Source: Octopus sinensis
Taxonomy: Eukaryota
Direction of reading: 5' to 3'
DNA length: 64,000 nt
NCBI RefSeq assembly: GCF_006345805.1
Contig: NC_043014.1
Coordinates: forward strand, 16,740,001-16,804,000
The first letter of the stretch is position 1. Each line of letters opens with the position of its first letter. Under the pieces are notes generated by a model, which searched no databases, was not told the origin of the DNA, and saw only the letters and a program-made list of their open reading frames with translations. Below are positions 51,089 through 64,000 of the stretch, piece after piece. The position numbers and the translations under genes were made by a program.

Positions 51089-51894
51089 CTCTTGACAATT
51101 CATTATTGTTCTCCAGTACACAAGCACAAAATGTATTTTTTTCTTTCTTCTTTATATATTTCTCTGTTGATTCAAAAAGTTCTACAGCTATAATTACACC
51201 TGATCTGATCTTTGTGAATATCTGAAGATAATACAGCACCTTTGCAGATTTTTTCAAGTATATATTCCTGGCAATGGAATAAAGCAAATGTTGCTATTAA
51301 TTCAGAAGAAATATTTCAGTTATTTACCAGAAATTTGTTATAGAAACAGGGTTATATATATTATTTATAATATCTTCCATTAGTCTCCAAGTGATGATCA
51401 ATATTCATGATGTATCTGATGTAAAAATTCCTTTATAACACAAACATCTCATATTCTGAAATGACACAGAAACAGTAGAAGATATAGGAAAGACTTAAAA
51501 AGCAGAGATTCAACAATAGAAAATATAACTACATTTTCATAATGATAAACTGTGGATATAAACTTTTACCCCAATAATTAGTCTTTAAAATTTATTTTGT
51601 TATTAAAGTTATATTATACAACCTTGTGTAATGTCCACATATGCACAGCCTTCAGCTCGTCCACCTTCAAATATTATGTAAAATGCTAAACTACAAAATA
51701 CTGGACGATAACGTTGTACTGTCTTAGGAAACATGATAAGTCACTGTTGTTTAGCCCTAGGTCACCCCTTACTGAGTAGATCTATTTAAGAAATTAGTGT
51801 TCACGAGTGTCATGACTTTTAGAACAGATCAAACATAAACATCACTATAATTTAGTCACTAACCGCAATACAGACACACACATATATATATACT

Positions 51895-52210
51895 GGGCTG
51901 CCCCAGTGAGATCCTCTATGCTGATCATCTTACAGCTGAATCAATACCAGCAAGAGAAAAGAAATTTCAGGTGTGTAAGCAGGGTCTGCAATTAGTGGGC
52001 CTTAAATTTAATTTAACAGAGACCAAAGTCTTAGTAAGTTAGTAAGCATACAAATCTTACAGGGAAATGGCCCTGCTTGAAATATGGAAAGGGAATATGC
52101 AGAAACTCCATAAGGTGTAGCCAGTGCAAGTTATGGATACATAAGATGTGCAGCAATATTAGAGGAACGTCAACACGAAAAATAGTAGATATACATGTGC
52201 AATAAATACA
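51895..52210 (+). mobile_element. Degenerate RTE RT fragment
   Basis: Homologous to 38725-39060 (LYAD motif, PHD region), with stops. Confidence 0.7.
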
Positions 52211-54094
52211 AGGAAATAGATGCTGTCAAATGTGGAGTAGAGAGCGAGTGCTAACTTAGAAATAATTGGTAGAATGTAACAAGGGAGCAAAAGACTTGCC
52301 TCTGTGGGGTTTTGTCTCTGAAGACCTTCTGCTGTTCAGTTCTGTTGAGAATTTCCAACAATTGTTACATTTTAACATTTTCTCAGTGACTAGGAAATAT
52401 ATTTTCCATACATTCACTCTCACATGGTTACCATCTACGAAATGGCTCCACCACATATTCACTAGATAACCACCATCATTAGCATTTAAGGAACAAACTT
52501 ATCCATTTGTTTATCTCTCATCACTGCACCTTAGCATATTAAAAATGTCATCAAATTATATAACTTGGAAACAAACATTTATTGTAGATTAGTTTGGAGA
52601 AATGTGTAACTTTTATCATACATTGATCAAGTGTGAATTCTATGCTGTATCATCAATTGTATAGGCTCATAAGGGACATGTTTGGATAGGGTTGCCAGAT
52701 TAGAAAACTATATATACAGGACACTTTTAAAATCTCTTTCAATATATAAATTTATACATACCTACACACGCAATATATCATATAAAAGCAGAGAGATAAG
52801 TTAAAAACATAATGCAATTATTCTAATGGGTTATGAGGTCAAAATTATTTAATACAAGCTAAAAAAATTCGTGCAGCAATATTTAAAACTTTCACTGTCA
52901 AGTAGCCAGGTTCATTGGCTTTTATTAAAGAAATGTGTTATATCTTACCTCGTATCATAAATAAATCCAGTTTAATGTTGATTAACGTTAATCACCCGAA
53001 GGAGTGGATTTCGCAGGAAATATAAGTTAAGGACACTTCAGAAAAGCGACACGGAATCTCAACGAAACGAACTAAATATTCAACCGTTGTAAAACCTATA
53101 TTATTCCACAATTGTCTGATGCTAAAACTCAAGTGGTAAGTTTTATGATTTTTATTGCTATAATTACTTTCTGAAAATGTGAATTGTAATAAAAAAAACC
53201 AATCCGAATGATGACAAAAGATAGAAAACAAGAAACTGACTGCTTCTTTGCATGTCTGTTGCTTCTTTAATGCTATCCTGTTACCGAACCCCCAAAGCAT
53301 CAGGTATGGAAAGAAACCAACAAAACTTGTCAGACAGTGATGATGGAGCGAGGTGGGATGGAGACGCGTGTGTGTTTCTCCCATAAATGTTCGAAAACCA
53401 TTGTTAGTTTGTTTACATTCCTGCACCAAAAGACTCCAACATTATAACTACCAAATGAAAAATAAGTTCTGGTGTTCCATTCCTGAACGGAACTTACGAG
53501 CTGATACTTCGGCGTGGTTGCAGTTTAATTAGAAGTGATACGAACATGTTTGTCTGTACTTTAGAATGTGCGTGTACATTTATCTATGTACATGCACGTC
53601 CAACCATCCATCCATTCATCTTTCCTTCCTGCTTTCTCCTTCCCTCCCTCATATTCCTCATCAATACATGTCAACTTTGCTATTGTTTCCACAGCTGGAT
53701 GCCCTTCCTAGCGCTAACAACTTCGCAGTGTGCACTGGGTGCTTGTTTCTTACTACCAGCATTAGTGAGGGGTTGACAAGTAACTTGTAAGATATGAAAA
53801 AAAAGACAAAAAAAGCAGTTCACTTCGCTAAGTGGGAGGAAAGAGTTTAATAAAAGGCCTGGGATGTGATTTTGCACCAAGGAAGAAATGTTTTGCTATA
53901 GGGAAGATACACAGTTAACATACTTTTACCTAAGAGTGGGTGGGAGTATCTGGGATGAAAATAAGATGTTGGTGACAAGATGCAAGGAAAAATGCCACAC
54001 AAAGTAAGAGATTATGTATGGAAGGTGTCAAGAGGTTGGGGATGGAGTTATATGTGTGTGTGGGTGTCATCAGAAGTATGTCTCACTTCTAGCT

Positions 54095-54131
<37 letters not shown>

Positions 54132-54309
54132 TTGTGTGTGTGTGTAAACATTGGGCACTAATTTATTAAAGTTATTAAGTTGATGTCCAGTCATAGGGTG
54201 ACCAAATGTTTTGCATCTACAAATGCTTTGTGAATGCAGAGCCATTGATCACTCTATATTCTGACATTAAATTGATTACTTTTATATGTATGTATATGTA
54301 TATATATAT

Positions 54310-54762
54310 AAGAATTTTTTGCGTAATGAGATAAAAAAAAAACCATAGTGTATAAATTCTGTACTTGGAATGACCACTTTTAAATACTGTTGAATCTTAC
54401 TCATAAGGTATTGGAATCTTACATTGTGTATAAACTTTATACTTGGAATAAACAATTTTAAATACTGCTGGATTTTTCTCACAAAGTATTGGAATCTTAC
54501 ATATCTACCATTCTGCCTAAAAAATGGATCTACAAATTCAATGCCCCTACATATCTCACATCTATTTTCTTTCCTCCACCTCACTCTCTATTTTGTATCC
54601 TATCCAAATTAACTATTAATTAACAATCCTCCCACATCATCTCCAATGAAGGGATATAATTAATAAATATTCTGAAAACAGGTGTAAGACCTTCTATCTA
54701 TAAATGTTCTAATATCTACACAGCCTTCGTTTTTTATCGCATTACGCAAAAAATTCTTATTT
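54310..54762. mobile_element. Penelope-like terminal fragment with ~30-bp inverted ends
   Basis: AAGAATTTTTTGCGTAATG at the left end is inverted at ~54740-54762; body matches 22495-22770; internal ~80-bp tandem duplication. Confidence 0.4.
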
Positions 54763-54901
54763 ACATACACTGACAGATGACCAACGTTGAACCCCTTATT
54801 CCCAAAATCACCGAACCTGGAATTAACTATGGTCAGTCTATGGCACTTATTCAGCATTACCTGACAACTTTGGGTCTCAATGACACCATTACCTCTTAGA
54901 A

Positions 54902-54954
<53 letters not shown>

Positions 54955-55051
54955 TAGAAGTATTGGGGGTGATGTACCGATTTAATACATATGAAAGAAA
55001 AAAGATGTTCAGAATGCTGGATGGTTGTAAAAATATATATTCATATATATC

Positions 55052-55212
55052 AACGTGATCACCGTGACCGACCAGGCTATCAGATGTTGCTACACATCGT
55101 TGGTCACAATGCGTTTCGCATTGTTTTAGCCTTCAAATGACGCCACCCCACTGGCTAAGTGAGCAGGCCAACAGAAGAAAGAGCGAGAGAAAGTTGCGGC
55201 AAAAGAGTACAA
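55052..55212 (+). mobile_element. Short interspersed repeat (CAACGTGATCACCGTGACCGACCAGGCTATCAGATG family)
   Basis: Matches 2605-2715(-) and 4263-4375(+). Confidence 0.75.
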
Positions 55213-55214
55213 CA

Positions 55215-55915
55215 AGCGTATTCATAAGCGTATTCATACTGAGGAATACCCATACCATTGTGATATCTGTGGTAAATCATTCTCTAGAAATACTTATTTG
55301 ACTGATCACAAGCGTATTCATACTGAGGAATACCTATATCAGTGTGATATCTGTGGTAAATCATTCTCTAGAAATACTTCTTTGACTGGTCACAAGCGTA
55401 TTCATACTGAGGAATACCCATATCAGTGTGATATTTGTGGTAAATCATTTTCTCACAATAGTACTTTAAATACTCACAAACGTATTCATACAGGAGAGAA
55501 GCCATACCATTGTTATATCTGTGGTAAATCATTCTCTAGAAATACTTATTTGACTGGTCACAAGCGTATTCATACTGAAGAATACCCATATCAGTGTGAT
55601 ATTTGTGGTAAATCATTTTCTCACAACAGTACTTTAAATAATCACAAATGTATTCATACAGGAGAGAAGCCATATCATTGTAATATCTGTGGTAAATCAT
55701 TCTCCCAAAGTGGGGTCTTGTCTAAACACAAACGTACCCATACGGGGAAGAAGCCACAGGATTGTGATATCTGGTGAATCATTCTCTAGCAATAGTATCA
55801 AACCTATTCATACTGGGGGAAAAACCATATCAGTGTCATATCTGTGGTAAACCATTCTCTGCAAATGGCATCTTAAGTACACGTGTGAGTATTCATACAC
55901 AAGTGTAACCGCATC
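55215..55915 (+). pseudogene. C2H2 zinc-finger array D (~8 fingers), 5'-truncated, atypical TEEYP linkers
   Basis: ORF 55298-55777 extends upstream in frame to ~55215, directly after a SINE; frameshift at ~55772 with decayed fingers after it. Confidence 0.85.
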
Positions 55916-58900
55916 AGTATTAAAATTTATTACAACAGGACAACAATTATGAATATTTTGTCTGCTAAAAGACAGGGTTTATTCCTCTTCAAGCTTGACA
56001 TTATCAACTTCAGTTTCTTGGATGTCAACATGAAATTCATGAATCACAACTTCAATATCATTTATATATCTAAATATATCAACACAGAGATGACTTTGGT
56101 TTCTGAAGATGATTGTGCTGGATTTTTGAGGAATTTGTTATGAGAGAATAAAGGAATGGGAATAAGGAATAAAAGTTTTAAGTGACATTGATTTTGTCTT
56201 TGTTGTGTTTTCATCATCATCATCATCATCATCATCCTTTAACATCCATTTTCTTTGCAGGCTTGGGTGGGAAAGTGTGACAGGTGCTGGCAAGCCAGAG
56301 TGCTTCTCCTGGTTCCACTCAGATTTGGCTTGGTTTCTTTGGTTGTATGCCCTTAAGATACGAGGCATATTCTATTAATATTCCTGTTCAAGTATCATAA
56401 TAGCATGAAAGTAGTAGTAGCCCTTTCAATTGTGTATTTAATTTGATATATGTATGTATGTGCGTGAACATGATGTCAGTCTGATAACTAAAATAATTGT
56501 ATACAAATCTTGTATTTTGAGCATATCTTTGTATAGGGCAGAAGCATGGACTCCCTTTTGCAGACAAAAAAACTTGAAACTTTTCACATATGCAGCAAAA
56601 TGGCAAGATAAGAACTTGTCAACAAGACCTTCCGGCGGTGTAGCTGTCACTTGTAAACCCATGTGGGTTTATTTACATTTCTGAAGAAAAAAGAAACCCT
56701 CCCCTCACACCAAACCCTAACCCCACAATCTTTTATTCATACGAACGTGACTGATATGAAATGACAAACTAAATGGAGACCGCAGGAAGTTGTTGTTGGC
56801 AAACAACAGCAGAATTTGTATTCACCTCAATAGACGTCATTGATTGGTTGAAATTGCCAAAATGCAAGAAATTTAACAACAAATAGCTTACAAACTACAG
56901 AATTTTCTCAAGAAAGCCAAGAGAAAAAGATGTTTTATGTAACACATTCTACCAGTATACGAGGTTTAAAAGTGTTTATTTACAAAGAAATTATTTTTTA
57001 CATCTGCCGGTCAAAGTGAAAAGGTCCCAGGCTTGTTTTTGAGGCTACAGCTCCCTATAAAAACTCAGCTTTTCTGGTGAAAATTTGAAAACTCTTCAAG
57101 ATGAAGATGTTCCCAGAATGGGACAGTAGAGAATAATGGGACTGTTGGAATATAAAAGAAATACAACCAGATAAAGGGAAATAACTTTTACAACACTCCA
57201 AACCACTTGGTCCCTGTAAATTATTAATTAAGGTGCTTAATTACTGATCACTGACTCGTTGTTTGTATCTGAATACAGTAAGTTGACAAAGATTTACTTT
57301 AATGCTGCAAAGGTGATAATACTACTACTACTAATAATAATGTAATAATAGAATTATGTGAACCTCTTGATCGTAAAGTAATTATTTCGAATCGGAAACT
57401 TAACAAAATTAGGAAAATATATTTGCTCGTCTTAATTAATAATTTCCAAACTGAAATGTTGATCTGTTGTTTCTGAAAACCTATGATCGACTTTTACATG
57501 TGATATAAAGGAAATTAACGGGTAAAATGTAAGTAATATGGCATATTTAATTAGTAAAATTAGAGGAAGAAATCCACATTAATTAATGCTGTCCTGTTGT
57601 TTATGAGGCCTTGATAATAAGATTTACTTTAATGTTGTATTAATAATAGTGATGATGATGATGGTTTCAAATTTTGGCCCAAGGCCAGCAATCTTTGATG
57701 CGAGTGAGGGGAGTAGAATATATGGAACTTAGTATTACCCGAAAGGGATGAAGGCAAAGTCGACCTTGGCTGTATTTAAACTCAGGACTTTCCGCCAAAG
57801 TCGACATTTCACTTCAATTCGTTTCTGAGTCCATAAATAATAGTGAAGATAATGATAGGGGCCTGTAATTTGGAGGGGAGACGTAATTCTATTGCTTGAA
57901 CCCTAGTTCTTTTTATTGCTTTTTATTTCATTGACCTCGAAAGGATGACAGGCAAAGCGAACCTCAGTGGAATTTGAACTTTCAGAGTAAAGACGGACAA
58001 GTGTTACATGTAATATGGGATCATTTCGGTTTAAACAGCAGTTTTTTTCTCGCTGTGTCATATGAAATTGTCACCTATAATTATGACCCTAGTATCAATC
58101 TATTGCATTTCAGTCTGTTTGGGGGTTAGGGTTAGTTAGGGGTGGTGGAAGGATATCGTTTTTTCTTCACAAATGTAAATAAACCCAATCTGTTTATATA
58201 CTGATAGAATAATAGCAAGCTTAAAAAATAAAAACAGTAAGGCCTGGGATTGATTCATTTGATCAAAAATTGAAGGCGGTGCCCTGGCATGGCTGCAGTC
58301 TAATAACTGAAAGGAGTAAAAAAAAAGGTAAAAGATCTATGTGTTGTGTTCTTGAGCAAAACATGTCATTTCCCATGCTCCTGTCCATTCAGCTGTAAAA
58401 AGTGACAGACGGGTGTTTCATTCAGGGAAAATGCTAAGGGTGGCATCATTGAAAACCTATAACAATGTGAGGAAGCACATTGTGACAACATCTGATAGTC
58501 TCTGGTTGATACACTAGTAGGGATACACACATGCATGTGTATGTACACAGTCATTATCTGTGGCCATGCTGGAGCACTGCCTTTAGTTGAGCAAATCGAC
58601 CCCAAGACTTATTCTATCGGTGTCTTTTGCCAAACTGCTGAGTTATGGGGGACGTAAACACACCAGCATCGGTTGTCAAGCGATATTGGGGGGACAAACA
58701 CAGACACACAAACACTCACAAGGTTTTGGTCAACTCAAGGCTATAGTAGAAGACATTTGCCCAAGGTGCCACCCAGTGGGACTGAACCTGGAACCATGTG
58801 GTTCGTAAGCAAGCTACTTACCATACAGCCACTCCTACCCCTATATATATATATATGTGTGTAAGTATTTTTTAATCTTTTACTTGTTTCAGTCATTTAG

Positions 58901-59299
58901 ACTATTCCCATGCTGGGGTACTGCCTTGAAGAGTTTTTAGTCAAATGATTCAACCCCAGTACGTTTTTTACAGGGATGCAAACAAACCAACAGTGGTTGT
59001 TAAGCTATGTTGGGGGACAAACACAAAGACACAAATATATTCTTCTATTCTTTTACATGTTTTAGCCCTAAGACTGTGGCCATGCTGTGGCATGGCTAAT
59101 GAAAAATATGGAAATCTTTATGAATTTGCATGTCATTCTTGTGCAGGGGCTATGCTGTATCATTCCAAGACAGGCTTTTTTCAGTTTCCATTTACCAAAT
59201 CCACTCACAAGGCTTTGACTGGCCCAAGGCTATTGTAGGAGACACACAGTAGGACTGAAAGTAAGCTTCTTACTACACACCCATGTCTGCACCTAAAGT

Positions 59300-60205
59300 T
59301 ACTGAAAGGGTCATAGCTCAATTAATTAGGGAGAGAGTTAGTGTAGATAGATGAGATGCAGTTCAGAGTTGTGTCAGGCCGAGGCACAATTGACGTCATA
59401 TTCCTGGTTAGGTAACTGCAGGAGAAATATCAAGCCAAAAATAAATCCCTGTACCTGGCTTTTGTCAACATGGAGAAAGCCTTTGATAGAGTCCCCTGAT
59501 CCCTTATTTGGTGGTCAATGCGAAAGCTAGGGATAGATGAGTGGTTGGTGAGGGCTGTACAAGCCATGTACAGGGATGTTGTCAGTAAGGTGAAGGTTAG
59601 CAACAAGTATAGCAAGGAATTCAGGGTGCAAGTAGGGGTTCATGAAGGATCAGTCCTCAGCCCCCTCTTATCATAGTTCTCCAGGCAATAACAGAGAAAT
59701 TTAAGACAGGCTGCCCCTGGGAACTCCTCTATGCTGATGACCTTGTTCTATAGCCAAATCAGTTCCAGAACTAGAGAAGCAATTTCAGGTATGGAAGCAA
59801 GGTCTAGAATCAAAGGGCCTTAGAGTTAATCTAGCAAAAAACAAAGTCTTAGTAAGTAGGTGAGCAGATAAGTCACAAATCTCTTAGGTTGATGACCCTG
59901 CTCGACTTATAGAAAAGGTGTAGGCAGTAACTCCATAAGATGTACCCAATGGACACATAAGAAGTGCAGCAATATCAGAGGAAAGTTAACAGGGGAAATA
60001 GTTTTTGTGTATAGAATGTACACAAGTACAATTAACACTAAAAATGTACAGAAAATAGACTCCAGGCTCCATCAAATTCCAGCAGGAAAAAATAATGGTT
60101 GATAGCTTCCATTACCTAGGTGACCAAGTCAGTAGTGGAAGTGGATGCTCTAAGAGCATTGCTGCTAGAATAAGAATAGGCTGGGCAAAGTTCAGTGAGA
60201 TCCTC
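59300..60205 (+). mobile_element. Degenerate RTE RT fragment
   Basis: FVNMEKAFD, LLYADD, SFHYLGDQV motifs with stops and frameshifts. Confidence 0.88.
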
Positions 60206-63200
60206 CTTGACTGTTAGCGTTTCAGAGTATATATTTCTCGCTATGGTGTTTATGTAGCTGGAGTCAGGATTTATGTATAATGATAACACTTATAAGTAAG
60301 CTAGCTATAAGTGACGTATTTATCAATATATATTCCTACTTCAAAAATAAAATATATTTATCTATTTCCAAATAGGAAACATATAAAAGTAGTGTTACAC
60401 AAACAGTAACAAAACGCCACTATAAAAAGTGGTGACCTCCTGATGTGATCTCATAGATAAACCACCACATCATAAAAGTAGAGACACTTGTGAAAAATAT
60501 ATAAAATTTTCAATAGAAAATAGATGACAGTTTCATTACACAAAATTTGATTAACAGAAATATTTGATATTAAAAGTTGAAGGAAAAAGTACATGAAGAA
60601 AGAGAAAATAATTACTACATTACTTTATTTATGTACATTTAACATTTATAGTATAGTTGGAAAGTAAAGTCATTTTGTTGTAGAGAATTACAACTTAAAA
60701 GTCACACTAGCTAATCCTTCATACTAACTACTAGAGTTCACAACAATTCAGATAAGTCTTGTTGGATTTTTATCATAGACATGGCATAAAAAATAGCCAA
60801 TATCTCAATGAGTGAGTGTCATGGAGTTTAGTAACATCCTATGAACACTGATTAATTTCCCCCAAATCAGTTTTTTTATAACTGCTCATACCTGAATTCT
60901 AAGAACCATATTTTGTGAAAGAATTCTCTTTGACGAAAGTTTAGAATTCAAACATGGACAATAATTTTAACCAATGGGATTACCAACAATTATGCTTGTT
61001 CGGGCAAACGACCATTAAGTCATATTGCCACATTTTATGACTTGCTACAAAGTAAAATATTAGAAAGTAAAAAAGGTATACATACATACACATACACACA
61101 TGCATGTGCACACACACACATACATGCACACACACACACATATGTATATTGCCTTCCCAGAAGGCAACCAGGCCCCATTTTCCTGCATGACAAGTGGGGG
61201 GGGGGCACTCCCCACTATACGCACATATGTATATATAGATATATAAGTGTGTATACATACATATAACAACCTGGGAAGAACTGGAACCAGACTCCACCTG
61301 CTGAAAGAGCATTTTGTTTACAAAAATTACACAACAGATCAAGATATGAACTTAACAACAGACAACTTGGTTAGACTGACATGTTACCAAAGCTTCTCTT
61401 AACTTTACTGAATTTCCTGAGAGACTCAGTAATATCTGTTTCTTTTTATATCACTTGTTGGCTAAACTGCGGCTTCACAAGTCATTGTTTGGCACTGATC
61501 ATACAAATCCACGATGATCTTCTCATTTGTCTACAACTACATTGGCTAATGTCTCCTTTCATTTGTAAGTCAGTAAATAGTGATTTGCTTGAAATCTGAC
61601 TGCCGTTTCTAGCATGTTGTATGACTATGCAGAAGCTCTTTTGTTCAATAAGGTACTTAGATTCACAATCAACAACAAAAAACTTTTTCTGAGTGCAGAG
61701 GAAAAAAAAATCCTTAATTTTGATATCTGGCTTCAGCATTAGTTAGAAAGAGGTCTGTATTTCGACTTGAACCTTGTATATAACTGGTATGAATTGCTGC
61801 AATCTTGGAGGACTGACAAATACCTTCAGCCAGATGTGGCAGTGAAATTGCAAAGCATTTAACTTACTGTTAAATTTATCCATTCACATTATTAATTCCT
61901 GCTGGAATTGACTTGTCTGCAGTTGCTAAAATAAGTTCCAGCAATATTCTGGCATTGATTTTATTGACTATACTTTATCCTTGAGCCAAGTTAAAAAGAA
62001 CAATTTTCTTTTGTGAGTGCATATATTACAATGTGTAACATGATTTTTGTCCTTGGGTAGCAACTGTTATTTCCTATTTGCTTACTCCTAGAAAGTATGA
62101 AAAATGGCTAATACTAGCACTATGACCTGGCAATGCCGGGTCATAGTGCTAGTGCATGCATATACAGCTGCATACGTGCATGCATATACAGCTGCATACG
62201 TGCACACATATATGCGAGTACTGTCCAAATCTCTGACCAATCACATACAGCTAGCTAGCATTCAATTGGCATATCAAGTTTCAGGCATTTTGATTGGGTT
62301 TTGGATAGAAAATTCACAAAAAAGTCTCTTCTATTGATTTTTTTTAATGGCTTTAATGGTGACTGGGGAAATGTAAAGATGTGCACGACCACCCTTGGAC
62401 GGTTATGAATGACCATAGAAAGTGCGAGCCCTCTAACTGAAAAATTGTGGATTTGTATAAAGGACATGCACACACACACACACACAGACATTTTGTCGTT
62501 TATATATAAAGAGATTTCTTCAAACTTTTCTTACATTTATTCAACCCCAAAGAATCCCTCTCAGCACATGACTCTAATGCTCCTCCATTACTCTTGCTCT
62601 TGCTCTTGATCAGAGATTGGTATTCACTAAGAGACATGTTCAGGTGGTTAAGGTCAAGCAACTGACAAGCAAACCTGTGGTTTTGAGCAGAATATTTGCT
62701 ATAATGATATTTCTGCTTCAGCAACTCAGTGCTGAATCTGTCTGAAATGTAATGGAAAACATTGATGTCCAGGTTACAAAAGCTAAGATTGAAGGGAGTA
62801 GTAATCATTTCCTTTGATTTCTAGATAGACGCAAATTGGAAATAATACTTACTCTTTTACTTGTTTCAGTCATTTGACTGTGGCCATGCTGGAGCACCAC
62901 CTTTAGTCGAGCAAATTGACCCCAGGGCTTCTTTCAGTTTCTGTCTACCAAATCCACTCACAAGGCTTTGGTCGGCTCGAGGCTATAGTAGAAGACACTT
63001 GCCCAAGGTGCCACGCAGTGGGACTGAACCCGGAACCATGTGGTTAGTAAGCAAGCTACTTACCACACAGCCACTCATGCTCCTAGACTTACTGACTAAA
63101 AACAAAAAAAAATTGAAATTTTGTTTCACAGCGTTATCTTTCTTGTACCAAGCCACAGTTGATTTAAGCTTTTGTAAGTGTAAAATCTAAAAGGATTAAG

Positions 63201-64000
63201 CATTAAAAAAAAATTGCTTGTTTTAATATTTGTGTCACTAATCTCTCTATGATGATATAGCAAATAAATTGAGAGGTTATTCACTTTATTTAGTAGACAA
63301 AATATAGGTCTACTGAATGCTTGAGTAGCTTTCTTGAAAGGCTTCATTCACAGTGATGGATTTTGCTAAGCATAGGCATTAATAAGTTTGCAAAAATTAT
63401 ACATTCTCTTCAATGGTCTCAATGCTAGTGATTTAAATTAAACATCAATTTATATAAAAGTTGCTTTTGAAATATTCATATTATCTGTCTGTATATATGT
63501 GTGTGTAATATATTATATTATGTGTTAACATGGGCCTCCTAACAACAAAGTAAACTTCATTTAATCAAAATATCTTTGGCCTGAAGAGTAACTTGTGGTA
63601 TACACCTTGCTTGGATTTTTGCCACTTCCAAGGTTCTACTTGCTACGAAACATATGTAGCCTGGATTTTATCTACTCCATTCCTTAACTCTTGTATTTTT
63701 ATTTACACAATTTGGCAACCCTGGCTGACAACCATGAAATATAAAATAATTTTCAGCTTAGCATACTTCAATATGGGAAAAATTCACAACCTTCCACCCC
63801 AATAAACCACTAATGTTCCTGAAAGTTGTTTTTTCTTATGTAAAAAAATTATATATATATATGTGTTATATTAATTATCTTTTTTAATAAGTTTGATATA
63901 TATTAAAATAATATAAATTAATTAATCTTATGTATTGGCTTAAGTTTTTCATTGTATGATTTGCCTAATAGCGGTTTTATCTCTAATTTAATATATGTGT

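Noticed and set aside
52949-53500. CpG-richer block with a minus-strand donor (GAG|gtaaga) as first exon of ZNF C
   Set aside because: Plausible, but there is no paralogous block or other support, so it is not called as a feature.

Overview
Eukaryotic, AT-rich, repeat-dense DNA. The repeat and zinc-finger content (RTE LINEs with (GAT)n tails, tRNA-derived SINEs, clustered TGEKP-linked C2H2 genes, long TA/CA microsatellites) points to an octopus; the species cannot be fixed from sequence alone. Bases 1-17.5 kb hold a minus-strand multi-exon gene that I reconstruct as the kinetochore scaffold KNL1/Spc105 (MDLT motifs, RQSN block, coiled coil), which runs off the left edge. As given, the gene is broken by an inverted exon (8.5-9.0 kb), a 614-bp inverted local copy inserted at a splice acceptor (4.07-4.68 kb) and three homopolymer frameshifts. 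Because KNL1 is normally essential, assembly error is the leading explanation. 18-33 kb is intergenic: SINE clusters, a 5S-SINE chimera, mariner relics and an 8 x 198-bp LINE-derived array that is open on both strands. 34-56 kb is a cluster of four damaged C2H2 zinc-finger genes. Two of them are a tandem duplicate pair that later took independent TE insertions (a near full-length RTE with a PHD finger in its RT, a Merlin-like MITE, a second LINE family). I found no prokaryotic features, CRISPR arrays or intact tRNA/rRNA genes, and no convincing new multi-gene system. The most interesting signals are the local rearrangements and tandem amplifications. All calls are by eye, with no database searches.
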